NCBI GenBank assembly: GCA_046313635.1 | Contig: JBKBYA010000004.1 | Span: forward strand, 64,001-128,000 | DNA length: 64,000 nt | Origin: Pyrinomonadaceae bacterium | GTDB taxonomy: Bacteria > Acidobacteriota > Blastocatellia > Pyrinomonadales > Pyrinomonadaceae | Direction: 5' to 3' | In this document: positions 34,233 to 45,003 of the stretch, one piece after another | Layout of the letters: each line of letters begins with the position of its first letter | Numbering within the stretch: position 1 is the stretch's first letter | Position numbers and translations under genes: made by a program | Notes under the pieces: model-generated | Database searches by the model: none | What the model saw: only the letters and a program-made list of their open reading frames with translations | Told to the model about the DNA's origin: nothing

Positions 34233-35584
34233 TTGATGAGATAAAGCTCGGTCTGCCGCGGGCGGAAAAATTTGAATCCGGCCTCGGTCAAATACGCATC
34301 GTCCTCGGCCATGATCGTCACCTTTTGGCCGCCCCATTCGGGAACGGTCGTCGATGTGTTGAGCTCGATCGACGTGTACGAACCGAGCCTCAGTCGATCG
34401 TCGTCACCGCCGATGCCGCGGCGAAAGTCGATCGAAGCGCCGAGGCCGTGGCCGTGGCTGCCGATCGGGTGCGAGTAGATCATCGCCTCGATGCCGAGAC
34501 GCCTGCATTCGGCCATCGTGCGGTCGTAGACCTCGGCGCCGGTCATTCCGGGCCGCGCGATCGAGAAGAGAATGTCCTGGAGCTTGTTGGTGTTCGCGAG
34601 CGCGTTCTTGAGACCGGCGGGAGCGTCCTTTTCGCCGTCGCCGAGAATGTATGCGTGCTTTTGCCAGTCGGTGCTCAGGCCCATGTAGTCGAGCCCAAAA
34701 TCGACGTGGATCAGATCGCCGCGCTCGAGAACGGTCGATTCGTCGGCGACGGCGAGAAACTGCTGCGAGGTCGAGTTAGACTTTGCGCGCCGCTGCACAC
34801 GCAGGTCCGGCTGGAACCAAACGGTCAGCCCGAGATCGTTCACCTGCTGCAAGAGCCACCAGCGGACGTCGCCGACCGTCGTCTTTCCGGGCTTGACGAC
34901 CCCGTTAGAGAAGGCACGGCGCGTCAGAATGTCGGTCACGAGCACGGCCGTGCGGTAATGCTCGAGTTCGCTCGCGAGACGCGTCTGAAAAAACTCGCTC
35001 AGAAGCCGCGCGGCCGGGACAAACTTTTTCTCGTTCTCTGGCCCGAGCATCTCGGCGACCGCCTTGTAGCCGTCGTAGGTCAGACCGCTTTGAGCTCCGC
35101 GTGTGCCGCCAAAGTTGAGCGCGATCGTCTTCGGCGCGCGGTCGTCGACGATCTCTCGCAGCGTCTCGGCCGTCTTGTCGCGCGGCGGCGTGATCAGGTT
35201 GTAGAAGGACTTGAGCTGCTCCTCCTCGTACCGGACGACGGCAAATCGCTCGAGGCGATCGCCGCGATCGACAAAGACAAAAAAGTCGCGACGGCCGACC
35301 ATCGGCACGGGCGGCACGATGTGCGGCGTGACCGGGTCGGGGTGAAATTCTTCGTTGACGACGATCCAGACGTCGACGCCGCTGCGCTTCATCATCGGCA
35401 GCAGGAGCGTGTCGAGCCGCTCGCGCAGCCAGGCGGAGCGGACGCGCGACTGCTCGCGCAGCGAGAGCAGTTTCGGCATCGCCGGCAGCGGCTCGCCCGA
35501 GCGGTTTTGGGCCGGAGCGACCGCCGCGGTCAGAAGCAAAACTGCAAAAAGCGATGCCGATAGATAAGACGTTCTGATCTGCAT
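34229..35584 (-). CDS. secreted M24 family (Xaa-Pro) metallopeptidase
   Basis: HVDFG...[17 protein letters not shown]; signal peptide. Confidence 0.8.
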   Translation of the reverse strand: MQIRTSYLSASLFAVLLLTAAVAPAQNRSGEPLPAMPKLLSLREQSRVRSAWLRERLDTLLLPMMKRSGVDVWIVVNEEFHPDPVTPHIVPPVPMVGRRDFFVFVDRGDRLERFAVVRYEEEQLKSFYNLITPPRDKTAETLREIVDDRAPKTIALNFGGTRGAQSGLTYDGYKAVAEMLGPENEKKFVPAARLLSEFFQTRLASELEHYRTAVLVTDILTRRAFSNGVVKPGKTTVGDVRWWLLQQVNDLGLTVWFQPDLRVQRRAKSNSTSQQFLAVADESTVLERGDLIHVDFGLDYMGLSTDWQKHAYILGDGEKDAPAGLKNALANTNKLQDILFSIARPGMTGAEVYDRTMAECRRLGIEAMIYSHPIGSHGHGLGASIDFRRGIGGDDDRLRLGSYTSIELNTSTTVPEWGGQKVTIMAEDDAYLTEAGFKFFRPRQTELYLIK

Positions 35585-35707
35585 TTTAAGAGGATGAAAG
35601 CGGACGGCCGTTTCGCCGAATATTTTATTAGGTGCTACACTCTGAGCTTGATCCTACGAGTGCAAATCTTATCACACACAATATTTTAGCGAGGTAAATC
35701 AAAAGCC

Positions 35708-36934
35708 GTGATCGAACTGGAATTGACCGAAGACCATAAAGCCCTGCAGGCGACCGTGCGCGAATTTGTCGCCGGCGAGGTCGCCCCGTACATCAAGGAA
35801 TGGGACGAAAAGGCTCATTTCGAACGCAGTGTTTTTGACAAGATGGCCGAGCTCGGTCTGCTCGGCGTGTGCATTCCCGAACAGTACGGCGGAGCCGGTT
35901 TTGACTACATCTCGCTCGGTCTTGTCTGCGAGGAGCTCGAGGCGTGCGACACCTTCCTTCGCGTCGCGATGTCTGTGCACGTCGGCCTCAATTCGATGAG
36001 CGTCTACAGCTGGGGCACCGAGGAACAGAAGCAGAAGTATCTCGCGCCGCAGGCACGCGGCGAAAAGCTCGCGACATTCGGCCTGACCGAGCCGAACGCC
36101 GGCTCGGACGTCGTCGGGATGCGTTCGTACGCGCGGCGCGACGGCGACGACTGGATACTGAACGGCGAAAAGATGTGGATCTCGCTCGCCGACGTCGCAG
36201 ACCACTTTTTGTTCTTTTGCTGGACCGACCCCGAGAAGCAGAAGGCGCGCGATCACAGCGGCATCTCGTGCTTTATCGTCGAGCGTTCGATGCCCGGATT
36301 TTCGAGCGGCACGATCCACGGCAAGCTCGGCATCAGGGCCGGCAACACCGGCTACTTTTCGCTGCAGGACGTACGCGTGCCGGCGGCGAATATGCTTGGG
36401 CAGGAAGGTGAAGGATTCAAGATCGCGATGTTCTCGCTCGAGAACGGCCGATACACCGTCGCCTCCGGCGCGACCGGCGTGATCCGAGCTTCGCGCGACG
36501 CGGCGATCGCCTACGCCAACACGCGCGAGGTGCAGGGACAAAAGATCGCCAACTTCCAGCTCGTCAAGCAAAAGATCGCCGAGATGGAGGCCGACTACGA
36601 GATGTGCCGCCTGCTGTGGCTCAAGGCCGGTTATCTCAAGAATATGGGCCTGCCGTCGGCCAAGGCCGCGAGCCTCGCCAAGTGGCAGGCGACCGTCCGC
36701 TCAGAAAAGGCGGCGTCGATGGCGATCGAGGTTCACGGAGCGAATGGCTACACGAACGATTATCCGGTCGAGAGATATTTGAGAAACTGCAAAGCTGCCG
36801 TGATCTACGAGGGAACGCGCGACATCCACACGCTGATGCAGGCCGACTGGGCGCTCGGTTTAAAGAAGGAAAAGGCGGCGCGAGTGACGCTGCCGCCTTA
36901 TCAGCCTTCGGAATCGAAGAGCGCCGCAAGCTAG
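35708..36934 (+). CDS. acyl-CoA dehydrogenase
   Basis: GLTEPNAGSD, LNGEKMWIS, VHGANGY, IYEGT. Confidence 0.92.
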   Translation: MIELELTEDHKALQATVREFVAGEVAPYIKEWDEKAHFERSVFDKMAELGLLGVCIPEQYGGAGFDYISLGLVCEELEACDTFLRVAMSVHVGLNSMSVYSWGTEEQKQKYLAPQARGEKLATFGLTEPNAGSDVVGMRSYARRDGDDWILNGEKMWISLADVADHFLFFCWTDPEKQKARDHSGISCFIVERSMPGFSSGTIHGKLGIRAGNTGYFSLQDVRVPAANMLGQEGEGFKIAMFSLENGRYTVASGATGVIRASRDAAIAYANTREVQGQKIANFQLVKQKIAEMEADYEMCRLLWLKAGYLKNMGLPSAKAASLAKWQATVRSEKAASMAIEVHGANGYTNDYPVERYLRNCKAAVIYEGTRDIHTLMQADWALGLKKEKAARVTLPPYQPSESKSAAS

Positions 36935-37482
36935 TGCTGTTTGGCGGTCCCGCTCTGATCGACGTTGGTCAGGGCGGGGCTGTCGTTCGACAGCTTCCAC
37001 TTGCCGCTCTCTTTGACGAATGCGAGCGGCGTCCAGTTCTTGTAAACGCCGCCGCGGATCTCAGCCACGGCTTTGTCACCCTCGATCCTTTCGTTGCGGA
37101 CCTCGACCTTGAGTCCGGGCTGGTAGTCGGTCTCGGCAAGGTACGCGGCGAGGTTGGTCTTTTTCTCGGCCTTCATGTCGGCGTCGAGCGTTCGGACAAA
37201 TCCGGACGCGAGCGTCTCCCGCACGGCCGCGTCATCCTTTTTTTCGAGCGCGCTGTAGTAGGCCTGAACGACCGGGCCGAGCGTCGGGGCGTTGTTGGTC
37301 GTCTCGGGCTCGGGCGTGCGTGTGGTCACCAGCGGATGACCGGCGCCGTTGGCGTTGGCATTCGAATTCGCTTTGTTGGCAGACGCGGTGCCGGTGTTTG
37401 CGTTCTCCGTCACGCCGCCGCCGCAAGCGGCCGCTGCGGCCGCGGCGATGACGATTAAGAATGTGGTCAGATAAGTTCGCAT
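36931..37482 (-). CDS. lipoprotein with NTF2-like C-terminal domain
   Basis: AAAAC lipobox, N/A-rich linker, FVKESGKWKL. Confidence 0.7.
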   Translation of the reverse strand: MRTYLTTFLIVIAAAAAAACGGGVTENANTGTASANKANSNANANGAGHPLVTTRTPEPETTNNAPTLGPVVQAYYSALEKKDDAAVRETLASGFVRTLDADMKAEKKTNLAAYLAETDYQPGLKVEVRNERIEGDKAVAEIRGGVYKNWTPLAFVKESGKWKLSNDSPALTNVDQSGTAKQH

Positions 37483-37539
37483 AGTATTTTTACGGTGGCT
37501 TCCAAATTTAAAGTCCAGAGTATAATCAATCGCAAATCG

Positions 37540-38097
37540 ATGAACAAAACAGGTCAGGCCGAGTACCAGCGGGTCTTTTTGATCGAGCAGCTCCCCGAGC
37601 CGCTGCTGCCTAAGAGCGCGCACCTGCAGCTTTTTGACAATTACATCGAGGGCACGCGGCTGCGGCTGCGTACGGTGCGCGATCCTTACACCAAAGAGTG
37701 GACCTACATCCTCCAGCAGAGGATCGAGATCGATCGCTTTGCCGAATCGCGGCTTGCGGAGATCTATCTCGACGAGACGGAGCACGCGGCATTTGAGCGG
37801 TTTGAGGGACGCGAGATCAGAAAGAACCGTTACTTTCACGAGTTTGACGGCGTGAGCGTGGCGTTTGACGTTTATCTCGGCCGGCTATGGGGACTGCATA
37901 CGGCGATCGTGCGGTTTGACGGGCCGGAGGAGCGCGACGCGTACGAGCCGCCCCCCTTCGCGGTGTTTGAAATAACGCGTGAAGGGTTTTTCTCGGGCTG
38001 GAACCTCGTAGAGAAAGAATTCGCCGCGATCCAGGCCGAGGTCACAAAGCTCGAACGGCTCACACCTGCACCGGCCACGGCCGGCGGCGAGGATTAA
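37540..38097 (+). CDS. CYTH-like domain protein
   Basis: EYQRVFL, RLRLR, IRKNRY, FDVY; TATAAT upstream. Confidence 0.7.
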   Translation: MNKTGQAEYQRVFLIEQLPEPLLPKSAHLQLFDNYIEGTRLRLRTVRDPYTKEWTYILQQRIEIDRFAESRLAEIYLDETEHAAFERFEGREIRKNRYFHEFDGVSVAFDVYLGRLWGLHTAIVRFDGPEERDAYEPPPFAVFEITREGFFSGWNLVEKEFAAIQAEVTKLERLTPAPATAGGED

Positions 38098-38136
38098 AAC
38101 AAGAAACGAGACATTTTCTCTTTTTCGCTATTGTCT

Positions 38137-38170
38137 AAAAAGAAAAGAGGCCGCCTTCTCAGACGGCCTC
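38137..38170 (-). terminator. intrinsic terminator between convergent genes
   Basis: GAGGCCG stem with a T-rich tail on the minus strand. Confidence 0.65.
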
Positions 38171-38194
38171 GATTCGTTTACAAGTAACTTTTTG

Positions 38195-39502
38195 CTATCG
38201 CGTACGCGGGCTCATTGGGACAAACCGCTCGAGCGAGCTGTAGATCTGCAGGTAGATCTGCGTTTCGCGAGGGATCAGGCTCGTCCAGTTGGCGCCGCCG
38301 CGACTGATATAGCCGGCGAGCCGCGCCGGATTTGAATTGTATCCGGCCGCCATCAACTGTTCGGGCGTCGCGATGCCGCTCGCGAGCGCCGCACTGATCG
38401 TCGGGCTCGCGACCAGATCGTTCCACGTACGGTTCATGTAGAGCAGCATCGCCTGCGCGGCGTTGACGTGATTGCGCATTCCCTCGACGAAATCAGGCAT
38501 CAGCCCGACATTCGGATGCCACGAGCGCACCATCGAATATGTCGAAGGGATCATCTGCACCATACCGCCCGCACCGGCCGAGCTGACCGAATAACGATAA
38601 GTCTGCCCCTCGTTCAAGGCATAGAGCGTAAAGATGTCGTCGTAGATGACCTGATGCGGCTCGGTGCGGAAGCGTTGGTGATCGACGTGCTCGACCGTCG
38701 CGAGACGCTCGGCCCTATCGGCGATCTTCGGCGAGATGCTGATGCCCTTGGCCCGCAGCCGGTCGCGAGCGATCTCGATCACGTTGCGAACGTACAGCTT
38801 GCCCGCCGCGACGACGTCCGACGTGACGAGGCCCGGGTGCGTCGACATGTAATAGGCGGTCTCGTAGTATCTGCCGCCGCGTTCGACCGGGTACTGCACC
38901 ATGAGCGGCAGCAGAGGCTGGCCCGTTATATCAAATATCTGGACCGGCGTATTTACTCCATTCGCCCGGATGGTCCGTTGGGTGACGGTCCGGCCGCCCT
39001 CGGAGATGGCGGTCGTGACCTGACCGGTCACGAGGAACGACGTTTTGGTTATCGTGACGAAATCGATCTTTTCGGTCTTCGGGTCGAGAAACGCGATCTT
39101 GACCCAGTTGTGCCCCGCCGGCGAGTCGGTCATCGCGGTCGCTTCGGGCCTGGTCTGAAGCTGACGCTTGGCGTCGGCGATCTTGCTCTTGATCTCGATA
39201 AAGCTCATATCGACGCGCGGGGCCGCGGCCGTTTCAAGCAGAGGCCGCGGCACGCTCGACAAAGGCTGCGTCGCAACCGGGGCCTGCGTCGGCCCGGCCG
39301 CTCTCTCCGGGGTCGGCGAGAGTCGCGGTTCGCTCTCGAGGATCGGCTTCGTCGCCGTGCTGGTCGGTTTGACGGGCGTATTGTCGGTGACCACGACCAC
39401 GCGTGAGCGGCCCTGTGTAGATTCGACCGTAGGGGTTTGTGCAAGAGCGGCCAAACCAAGCAGGGCGGACACTGCACCGATAGTAGCAAGGCGGAAGATC
39501 AT
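38195..39502 (-). CDS. secreted lytic transglycosylase-like protein
   Basis: SSAGAGGMVQMIPST, AAGYNS, PRETQIY. Confidence 0.75.
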   Translation of the reverse strand: MIFRLATIGAVSALLGLAALAQTPTVESTQGRSRVVVVTDNTPVKPTSTATKPILESEPRLSPTPERAAGPTQAPVATQPLSSVPRPLLETAAAPRVDMSFIEIKSKIADAKRQLQTRPEATAMTDSPAGHNWVKIAFLDPKTEKIDFVTITKTSFLVTGQVTTAISEGGRTVTQRTIRANGVNTPVQIFDITGQPLLPLMVQYPVERGGRYYETAYYMSTHPGLVTSDVVAAGKLYVRNVIEIARDRLRAKGISISPKIADRAERLATVEHVDHQRFRTEPHQVIYDDIFTLYALNEGQTYRYSVSSAGAGGMVQMIPSTYSMVRSWHPNVGLMPDFVEGMRNHVNAAQAMLLYMNRTWNDLVASPTISAALASGIATPEQLMAAGYNSNPARLAGYISRGGANWTSLIPRETQIYLQIYSSLERFVPMSPRTR

Positions 39503-39702
39503 AATGTTTCTGGATTGAGGTACCGAGGTTCAGCCGGCGGGCGCCGGTCCGAGTTGACATCCGTAAGATTCGCTCAAATGAAAATCCGTTGTCAACCACA
39601 TTTTGATTTTTTTATCGATATAACAAATGAAATTTATTGATCGACGGTTGAACTCGGCCTTTCCGTTTGCAACACTAACGCTTTGTGAAAGCCGGTCAAG
39701 TT

Positions 39703-41046
39703 ATGCAGAAGTTGTTTGGAACCGACGGTATTCGCGGCACGGCGGGTGAATTTCCGCTCGACGATAGGACCCTCATCGTCATCGGGGCGGCGCTCGCGAG
39801 GCACTTTGGGGCAAAGGCCGGCCGCGGGCCGAGATTCATCACCGGCCGCGACACACGTGAGTCGGGCCTCGAGATCGAAGAGGCGATCCACTCCGGCGCG
39901 GCGTCGCAGGGCGGCCGCTGCGAGTCGGCGGGCGTGATCACGACGCCGGGTGTCGCATTTTTGACGGCGCGTGACGGCTTTGACGCCGGCCTGGTGATCA
40001 GCGCCTCGCATAATCCATTCGAGGATAACGGCATCAAGGTATTTTTGCCGGACGGCCGCAAGCTCGACGAGACGGACGAGCGTGCCATCGAGGCAGATAT
40101 TTTCCGGGAACTAGACGGCGGTTTTGCGGCGGAGCGGGTCGAGATCGCAGCGAACGACGCTGGATTTCGCGAGGAGTATATCGATCATCTGCTCGAAAAG
40201 GTTCCGGGGCTGAGGCTTTGCGGGATGCGCATCGTCGTCGACTGTGCCAACGGCGCCGCGAGCGGCATCGCCGAGGAGCTGCTAGCGCGGCTCGATGCGT
40301 CGGCCGTCGCGATCAATAACCGGCCCGACGGGCGAAACATAAACAAGGACTGCGGCTCGATGCATCTCGAGCATCTGCAGGACGCGGTCCGCAAACAAGG
40401 TGCCGACCTCGGCGTCGCATTTGACGGCGATGCGGACCGCGCTCTCTTTGTCGACGAGACGGGCGAGATCGTCGACGGCGACGCCGTGCTGTGGATACTC
40501 GGCAGGCGGCTTCACCGGCAGGGCAGACTCGCCGGCGATAAGGTCGTCGCGACGGTGATGAGCAATATCGGGCTCGAGATCGCTTTTCGCTCGATCGACG
40601 TCGAGCTCGTCCGCACGGCGGTCGGCGACAAATACGTACTCGACGAGCTGCTCCGCACAGGAGCGTCGATCGGGGGCGAGCAGTCGGGCCACATAATCGT
40701 CCCGGCGAACGGCCTTGTCGGCGACGGTCTGATGACGATGCTTATGCTGCTCGAGGCGCTCGCCGAGGCGGACCTCGCACTCTCGCGGATGCGGGACGGC
40801 TTCAAGCGCTTTCCGCAGGTGCTCGTGAACGTGCCGGTGCGTGAAAAGCGGCCCTTCGAATCGGTCCCCGAGATCGCGGCCGCGGCCGAGTCGGTCGAAC
40901 GCGAGATCGACGGCACCGGACGCCTGCTCCTGCGCTATTCGGGGACGGAGAATCTCGCACGCGTGATGATCGAGGGACCGGAGCAGGCCCTGATCGAGGC
41001 CCAGGCAAACAGACTCGCCGAGGTCATTCGTTCGACGATCGGTTGA
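39703..41046 (+). CDS. glmM: phosphoglucosamine mutase
   Basis: FGTDGIRG, SASHNP, FDGDADR, GGEQSGH, RYSGTE. Confidence 0.95.
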   Translation: MQKLFGTDGIRGTAGEFPLDDRTLIVIGAALARHFGAKAGRGPRFITGRDTRESGLEIEEAIHSGAASQGGRCESAGVITTPGVAFLTARDGFDAGLVISASHNPFEDNGIKVFLPDGRKLDETDERAIEADIFRELDGGFAAERVEIAANDAGFREEYIDHLLEKVPGLRLCGMRIVVDCANGAASGIAEELLARLDASAVAINNRPDGRNINKDCGSMHLEHLQDAVRKQGADLGVAFDGDADRALFVDETGEIVDGDAVLWILGRRLHRQGRLAGDKVVATVMSNIGLEIAFRSIDVELVRTAVGDKYVLDELLRTGASIGGEQSGHIIVPANGLVGDGLMTMLMLLEALAEADLALSRMRDGFKRFPQVLVNVPVREKRPFESVPEIAAAAESVEREIDGTGRLLLRYSGTENLARVMIEGPEQALIEAQANRLAEVIRSTIG

Positions 41047-41060
41047 GCCCGCAAAGACCC

Positions 41061-41089
41061 TTGTCATCGGCGCGTGACATCTGTATATT
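41061..41089 (+). promoter_or_regulatory. sigma70-like promoter
   Basis: TTGTCA-N17-TATATT, about 210 nt upstream of aroB. Confidence 0.6.
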
Positions 41090-41299
41090 GGTCTGCATCG
41101 AGACGTGATGCTTTGAGCTCCGTCTCTCGCGGCGATCGGGGTGAGGACGGTCGTCGCAGATCGGCAGGTGCGGCTCACTCTCACGCAGCTTCGCCTGCAT
41201 CATTTCCAACTCGCCCTTGGCAGAGAAATCGACCGGCTCTTTTTGTTTCGACTGCGGCAGCGCCCGGATGATCAGGTATCGGGTCCTGCCGCCTTATTT

Positions 41300-42445
41300 A
41301 TGCCCGAAAAGCTGATCAGAATTCGTGACCGACAGACCGGGGGCTACGATGTGCGCGTCGGCCGTTCGATCCTTGCCACCGAAGCGTTGTACGTGCCGGC
41401 CCGCGCGCGCCGGGCGCTGCTCGTTTCAAATCCGAAGGTCGACGGCCTCTACGGCCGGACGGTCGAGCGCGAGCTGCGTCGGCGCGGTATGGCGGTGGGC
41501 CGATGGCTGATGAGCGACGGCGAGCGTTTCAAGAGCCTGCGCTCGGCCGAGCGGCTTCTCGCTGCGGCGAGTGAGTTCGGTCTCTCGCGAACCGACTTCA
41601 TCGTTGCGCTCGGCGGCGGCGTCGTCGGCGACCTGGCGGGCTTTGCGGCGGCGATCTACCTGCGCGGCGTCGGTTATCTTCAGGTGCCGACCACGCTTTT
41701 GGCGATGATCGACTCGTCGGTCGGCGGCAAGACGGGCGTCAATCTGCCGTCTGGAAAGAATCTTGTCGGCGCCTTTCACCAGCCGGCGGCCGTCGCGGTC
41801 GACACGACGGTGCTCGCGACGCTCGATCGCAGGGAACTGCGGGCCGGGCTCTGCGAAGCGGTCAAGCACGCGGCGCTGGCGGGCGGCAGGCTTTTTGGAT
41901 CGACGGAACGCTTTTTAGAAAAGTACGGCGTCGACGACTTTGCCCGTCTTGCGTCCGACGAGCGATTTGCCGACGATCTGACGGAGCTTCTCGCGGCACA
42001 GATCGCCTATAAGGCGTCGATCGTCAGCCGCGACCCGCACGAAGCGACCGACCGGACCGACGCTCGTTCGCGAAAGGTGCTGAATCTCGGCCACACCGTC
42101 GGCCACGCCCTCGAAAAGATAACAGGCTACCGCAAGCTCCGCCACGGCGAGGCCGTCGGCTACGGGCTGAGAGCGGTATTTCACCTCTCCAAGAATCTTG
42201 AAATCCTCTCTGCCGATGAACTAGAATCGTTACGCGGTATCTTACGACGCGTCGGTCCGCTGCCTTCACTCCCAAATATCAATCCAAGCCAAGTACTAGA
42301 GGCTATCTCCTACGACAAAAAGTCGATCGATGGTTCAGTTCAGTGGGTCCTGCTTGCCGGGATCGGAAAGCCGGTCATCCGCAGCTCGAGTGAGATCCCG
42401 CGGCGGGCCGTGACGGACGCGATCAGATCTATCTTGAAGAGTTAA
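41300..42445 (+). CDS. aroB: 3-dehydroquinate synthase
   Basis: GGGVVGD, PTTLLAMIDSSVGGKTG, LNLGHTVGHA, HGEAV. Confidence 0.95.
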   Translation: MPEKLIRIRDRQTGGYDVRVGRSILATEALYVPARARRALLVSNPKVDGLYGRTVERELRRRGMAVGRWLMSDGERFKSLRSAERLLAAASEFGLSRTDFIVALGGGVVGDLAGFAAAIYLRGVGYLQVPTTLLAMIDSSVGGKTGVNLPSGKNLVGAFHQPAAVAVDTTVLATLDRRELRAGLCEAVKHAALAGGRLFGSTERFLEKYGVDDFARLASDERFADDLTELLAAQIAYKASIVSRDPHEATDRTDARSRKVLNLGHTVGHALEKITGYRKLRHGEAVGYGLRAVFHLSKNLEILSADELESLRGILRRVGPLPSLPNINPSQVLEAISYDKKSIDGSVQWVLLAGIGKPVIRSSSEIPRRAVTDAIRSILKS

Positions 42446-42476
42446 GGCGGGCCTTCGGATCAGGAGACCAAATGCT

Positions 42477-42884
42477 ATGAAACATGCAGTCGATGTACGA
42501 CGCCGCGAGCGCGGCGGGGCAGGCGTCAAGTTCCTTTTAGTGCTGGTGCTCGTCATTCTCGCAGCAAATGCAGGATTCAACTACATTCCGGTCGCTTATA
42601 ACGGCGAGAGCTTTAAGCAGGAGATGCATACGGCGGTCGTTAACGGCCTCGCGGTGCCGCGCGGCAATCCGGTAGACACCGTCAAGGCGAGGCTCGCATC
42701 GGCGGTGAGCGAATACGATCTGCCCGCCGACACGTTTATCGACGTAAAGATGGTCGGTAATTCGATCCAGGCTCGAGCGGCTTATAACAAGACCGTTCAT
42801 TTGCTGCCTTTCGGCCTCTACGACCACACGTACCAGTTTGACCACACAGAGACACCGACCGGCTATCTGCTGAAGGACAAGTAA
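42477..42884 (+). CDS. DUF4845-like / pilin-like small membrane protein
   Basis: RRERGG followed by a hydrophobic helix and YIPVAY. Confidence 0.6.
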   Translation: MKHAVDVRRRERGGAGVKFLLVLVLVILAANAGFNYIPVAYNGESFKQEMHTAVVNGLAVPRGNPVDTVKARLASAVSEYDLPADTFIDVKMVGNSIQARAAYNKTVHLLPFGLYDHTYQFDHTETPTGYLLKDK

Positions 42885-42970
42885 CACCACTCCGATAAAA
42901 ACAACGATGGCCCGTCGACCGATACCGGTCCGGCGGGCCTGCGTTTTTATTTGAATTCAAAAAACGCCTC

Positions 42971-44866
42971 TCAGGCCGCGGCGGTCGCGGCTGCGAGAGC
43001 GTCTCTCACCTTTAGCGGCTGGATCTGGATCAGGCCTTCGGGAGCGTCGGCGAGCCAGGTCGAAGGGCAGACGCCGCAGGTCGTGCACTTCTCGACCGCG
43101 GGACACGGAAGGCTCGACAGAGACTCAAGCGCCTTCTGGTGCTCAGTCCGCAAAAAATCGAACGACAGCCCGGTATCGACTATCGACCAAGGCAGAAACT
43201 CGTCGTACCCGCGCCGCCTCGAAGTGTGAAATGCCGCATCGACGCCCGTCTCGCGAAGTGAACGGTCGATGCTGCCGTCGCCGCGAGCGGCGCGGTCGAT
43301 CACGGCGGCGATCCGCCGGTCGCCCGACGAGAAGAGCGCCTGCTCGTGAGCGATGCGGGCAGACATAAAGCGGACCTCGACATTCGGTATGCGAGACAAT
43401 CCTTTGCAGACGTACTTGATCCGCTTTTTGAGTTCCTTTTCGTCGCAGATCGGCTCCCACTGGAGCGGCGTATTCGGCTTTGGGACAAAGCCGTTCAGCG
43501 ACGGGATGATCTTGCCTGCGCGTCCGAATTTCTTCCCGGCCTCGAGCATCCGGTCCTTGATCCGCTCGACGAGGACGAACATCTCATCTAGATCTTCCTG
43601 CGTCTCGGTCGGCAGACCGACCATCATGTAAAGCTTGATCGTCAGCATCCCGCGGTCAAAGACCGCTCCGCAGATATCGACGATCTCGTCGTTGGTCAGA
43701 TTCTTGTTGATGACGCGGCGCAGGCGGTCGGAGCCCGTTTCGGGTGCGACGGCGATCTGCTGGTCGCGAGACTCGACGAGCGCGTCAAGCAGCTCGTCGG
43801 AGATCTGGTCGAGACGCAGCGACGAGACCGAGATGCGATAGTCCATCGCCCGCAGCTCGCGCAAGATCGTCGAGATCTCAGGATGATCGCAGACGGCGGT
43901 CGAGACGAGGCCGATCTTGTCGGTTTTCGACCGCCACTCGCGGGCCTTGGCGAGGATATCTTTTGCAGGCACGACGCGGGGCGGATAGTAGTTGTAGCCC
44001 GCCCAGCAAAAGCGGCAGCCTTGCGAACATCCGCGCGAGATCTCGACGAGCAGCCGGTCGCCCATCTCCGCCTCCGGCGCCCAAACGGCGGTGGACGGGC
44101 AAAAGATCTCTTGATCGATCAGAAAGTCTGCGAGCTCCGTCTCGCCGCGCTTGAGCGCGCGGCGCAGCGTACCTTCTTTTGGATTGACCGACGCAAGAGC
44201 CCGGCCGACGCGTGCGGGCACGCCGTCGAGCTTTGGCGTGTAATCGAGGACCGTACCGTCGTCGGCGTATCTGACATCGTAGAGCGACGGTACGTAAAAT
44301 CCGCGGCCGATCCGCGCGAGCTCGAGCAGAGTATCTTCTTTCGACTCAGTCTCGAGGATCGCGTCGACGAGCTGGCAGGCGAGGATCTCGCCCTCGCCGA
44401 CGGCGATCACGTCGGTGAAGTCCGCGATCGGTTCCGGATTAAGGAACGACGCGGCCCCGCCCATCACGACGAGCGGATCAAAGTGCGTCCGATCGCGGGA
44501 CCAGACGGGCACGCCCGAGAGATGGAGCATTCGGGCCATATTGAGGTAATCGGTCTCGAACGAGATCGAAAACGCGATCACGTCAAAGTCTCTTACCGGC
44601 GTCTGCGTCTCGAGCGAGAGCAGACGCGTCCGCGATTTTTCGTACTCTTTGAGCTCCGCCGGATCAGGCAAAAAGACCCGCTCGCACGCGACCTCCGGAA
44701 TGTTGTTAAAGAGGTCGTACATCGTGTGCAGGCCGAGGTTTGCCATACCGATCGAGTACGTGTTCGGGTAGCAGAGAGCGATCCGCAGGCGCGCGCCTCG
44801 TCGGACGACGTGACCTTCCTCACTCGCCAGCTTCTTTTTGTAGCTTTCAATGATAGCTCTCGACAT
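42971..44866 (-). CDS. B12-binding-like radical SAM protein
   Basis: YPNTYSIGMANLG, SRGCSQGCRFC, APETGS, YMMVGLPTE, C-terminal Cys cluster. Confidence 0.88.
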   Translation of the reverse strand: MSRAIIESYKKKLASEEGHVVRRGARLRIALCYPNTYSIGMANLGLHTMYDLFNNIPEVACERVFLPDPAELKEYEKSRTRLLSLETQTPVRDFDVIAFSISFETDYLNMARMLHLSGVPVWSRDRTHFDPLVVMGGAASFLNPEPIADFTDVIAVGEGEILACQLVDAILETESKEDTLLELARIGRGFYVPSLYDVRYADDGTVLDYTPKLDGVPARVGRALASVNPKEGTLRRALKRGETELADFLIDQEIFCPSTAVWAPEAEMGDRLLVEISRGCSQGCRFCWAGYNYYPPRVVPAKDILAKAREWRSKTDKIGLVSTAVCDHPEISTILRELRAMDYRISVSSLRLDQISDELLDALVESRDQQIAVAPETGSDRLRRVINKNLTNDEIVDICGAVFDRGMLTIKLYMMVGLPTETQEDLDEMFVLVERIKDRMLEAGKKFGRAGKIIPSLNGFVPKPNTPLQWEPICDEKELKKRIKYVCKGLSRIPNVEVRFMSARIAHEQALFSSGDRRIAAVIDRAARGDGSIDRSLRETGVDAAFHTSRRRGYDEFLPWSIVDTGLSFDFLRTEHQKALESLSSLPCPAVEKCTTCGVCPSTWLADAPEGLIQIQPLKVRDALAAATAAA

Positions 44867-45003
44867 CGCGGGTCAATGAAAGAGCCTAACAAACAAGATG
44901 ACAAAGCGGCAATCGCTATGTCGTGCGAATTGCCGCCTTGTCGCGTCTGCGGGCTCGGACCTTTGATGCCTGCCGGCGGCGCTTTGCCGCTCGCGAATTC
45001 AAA

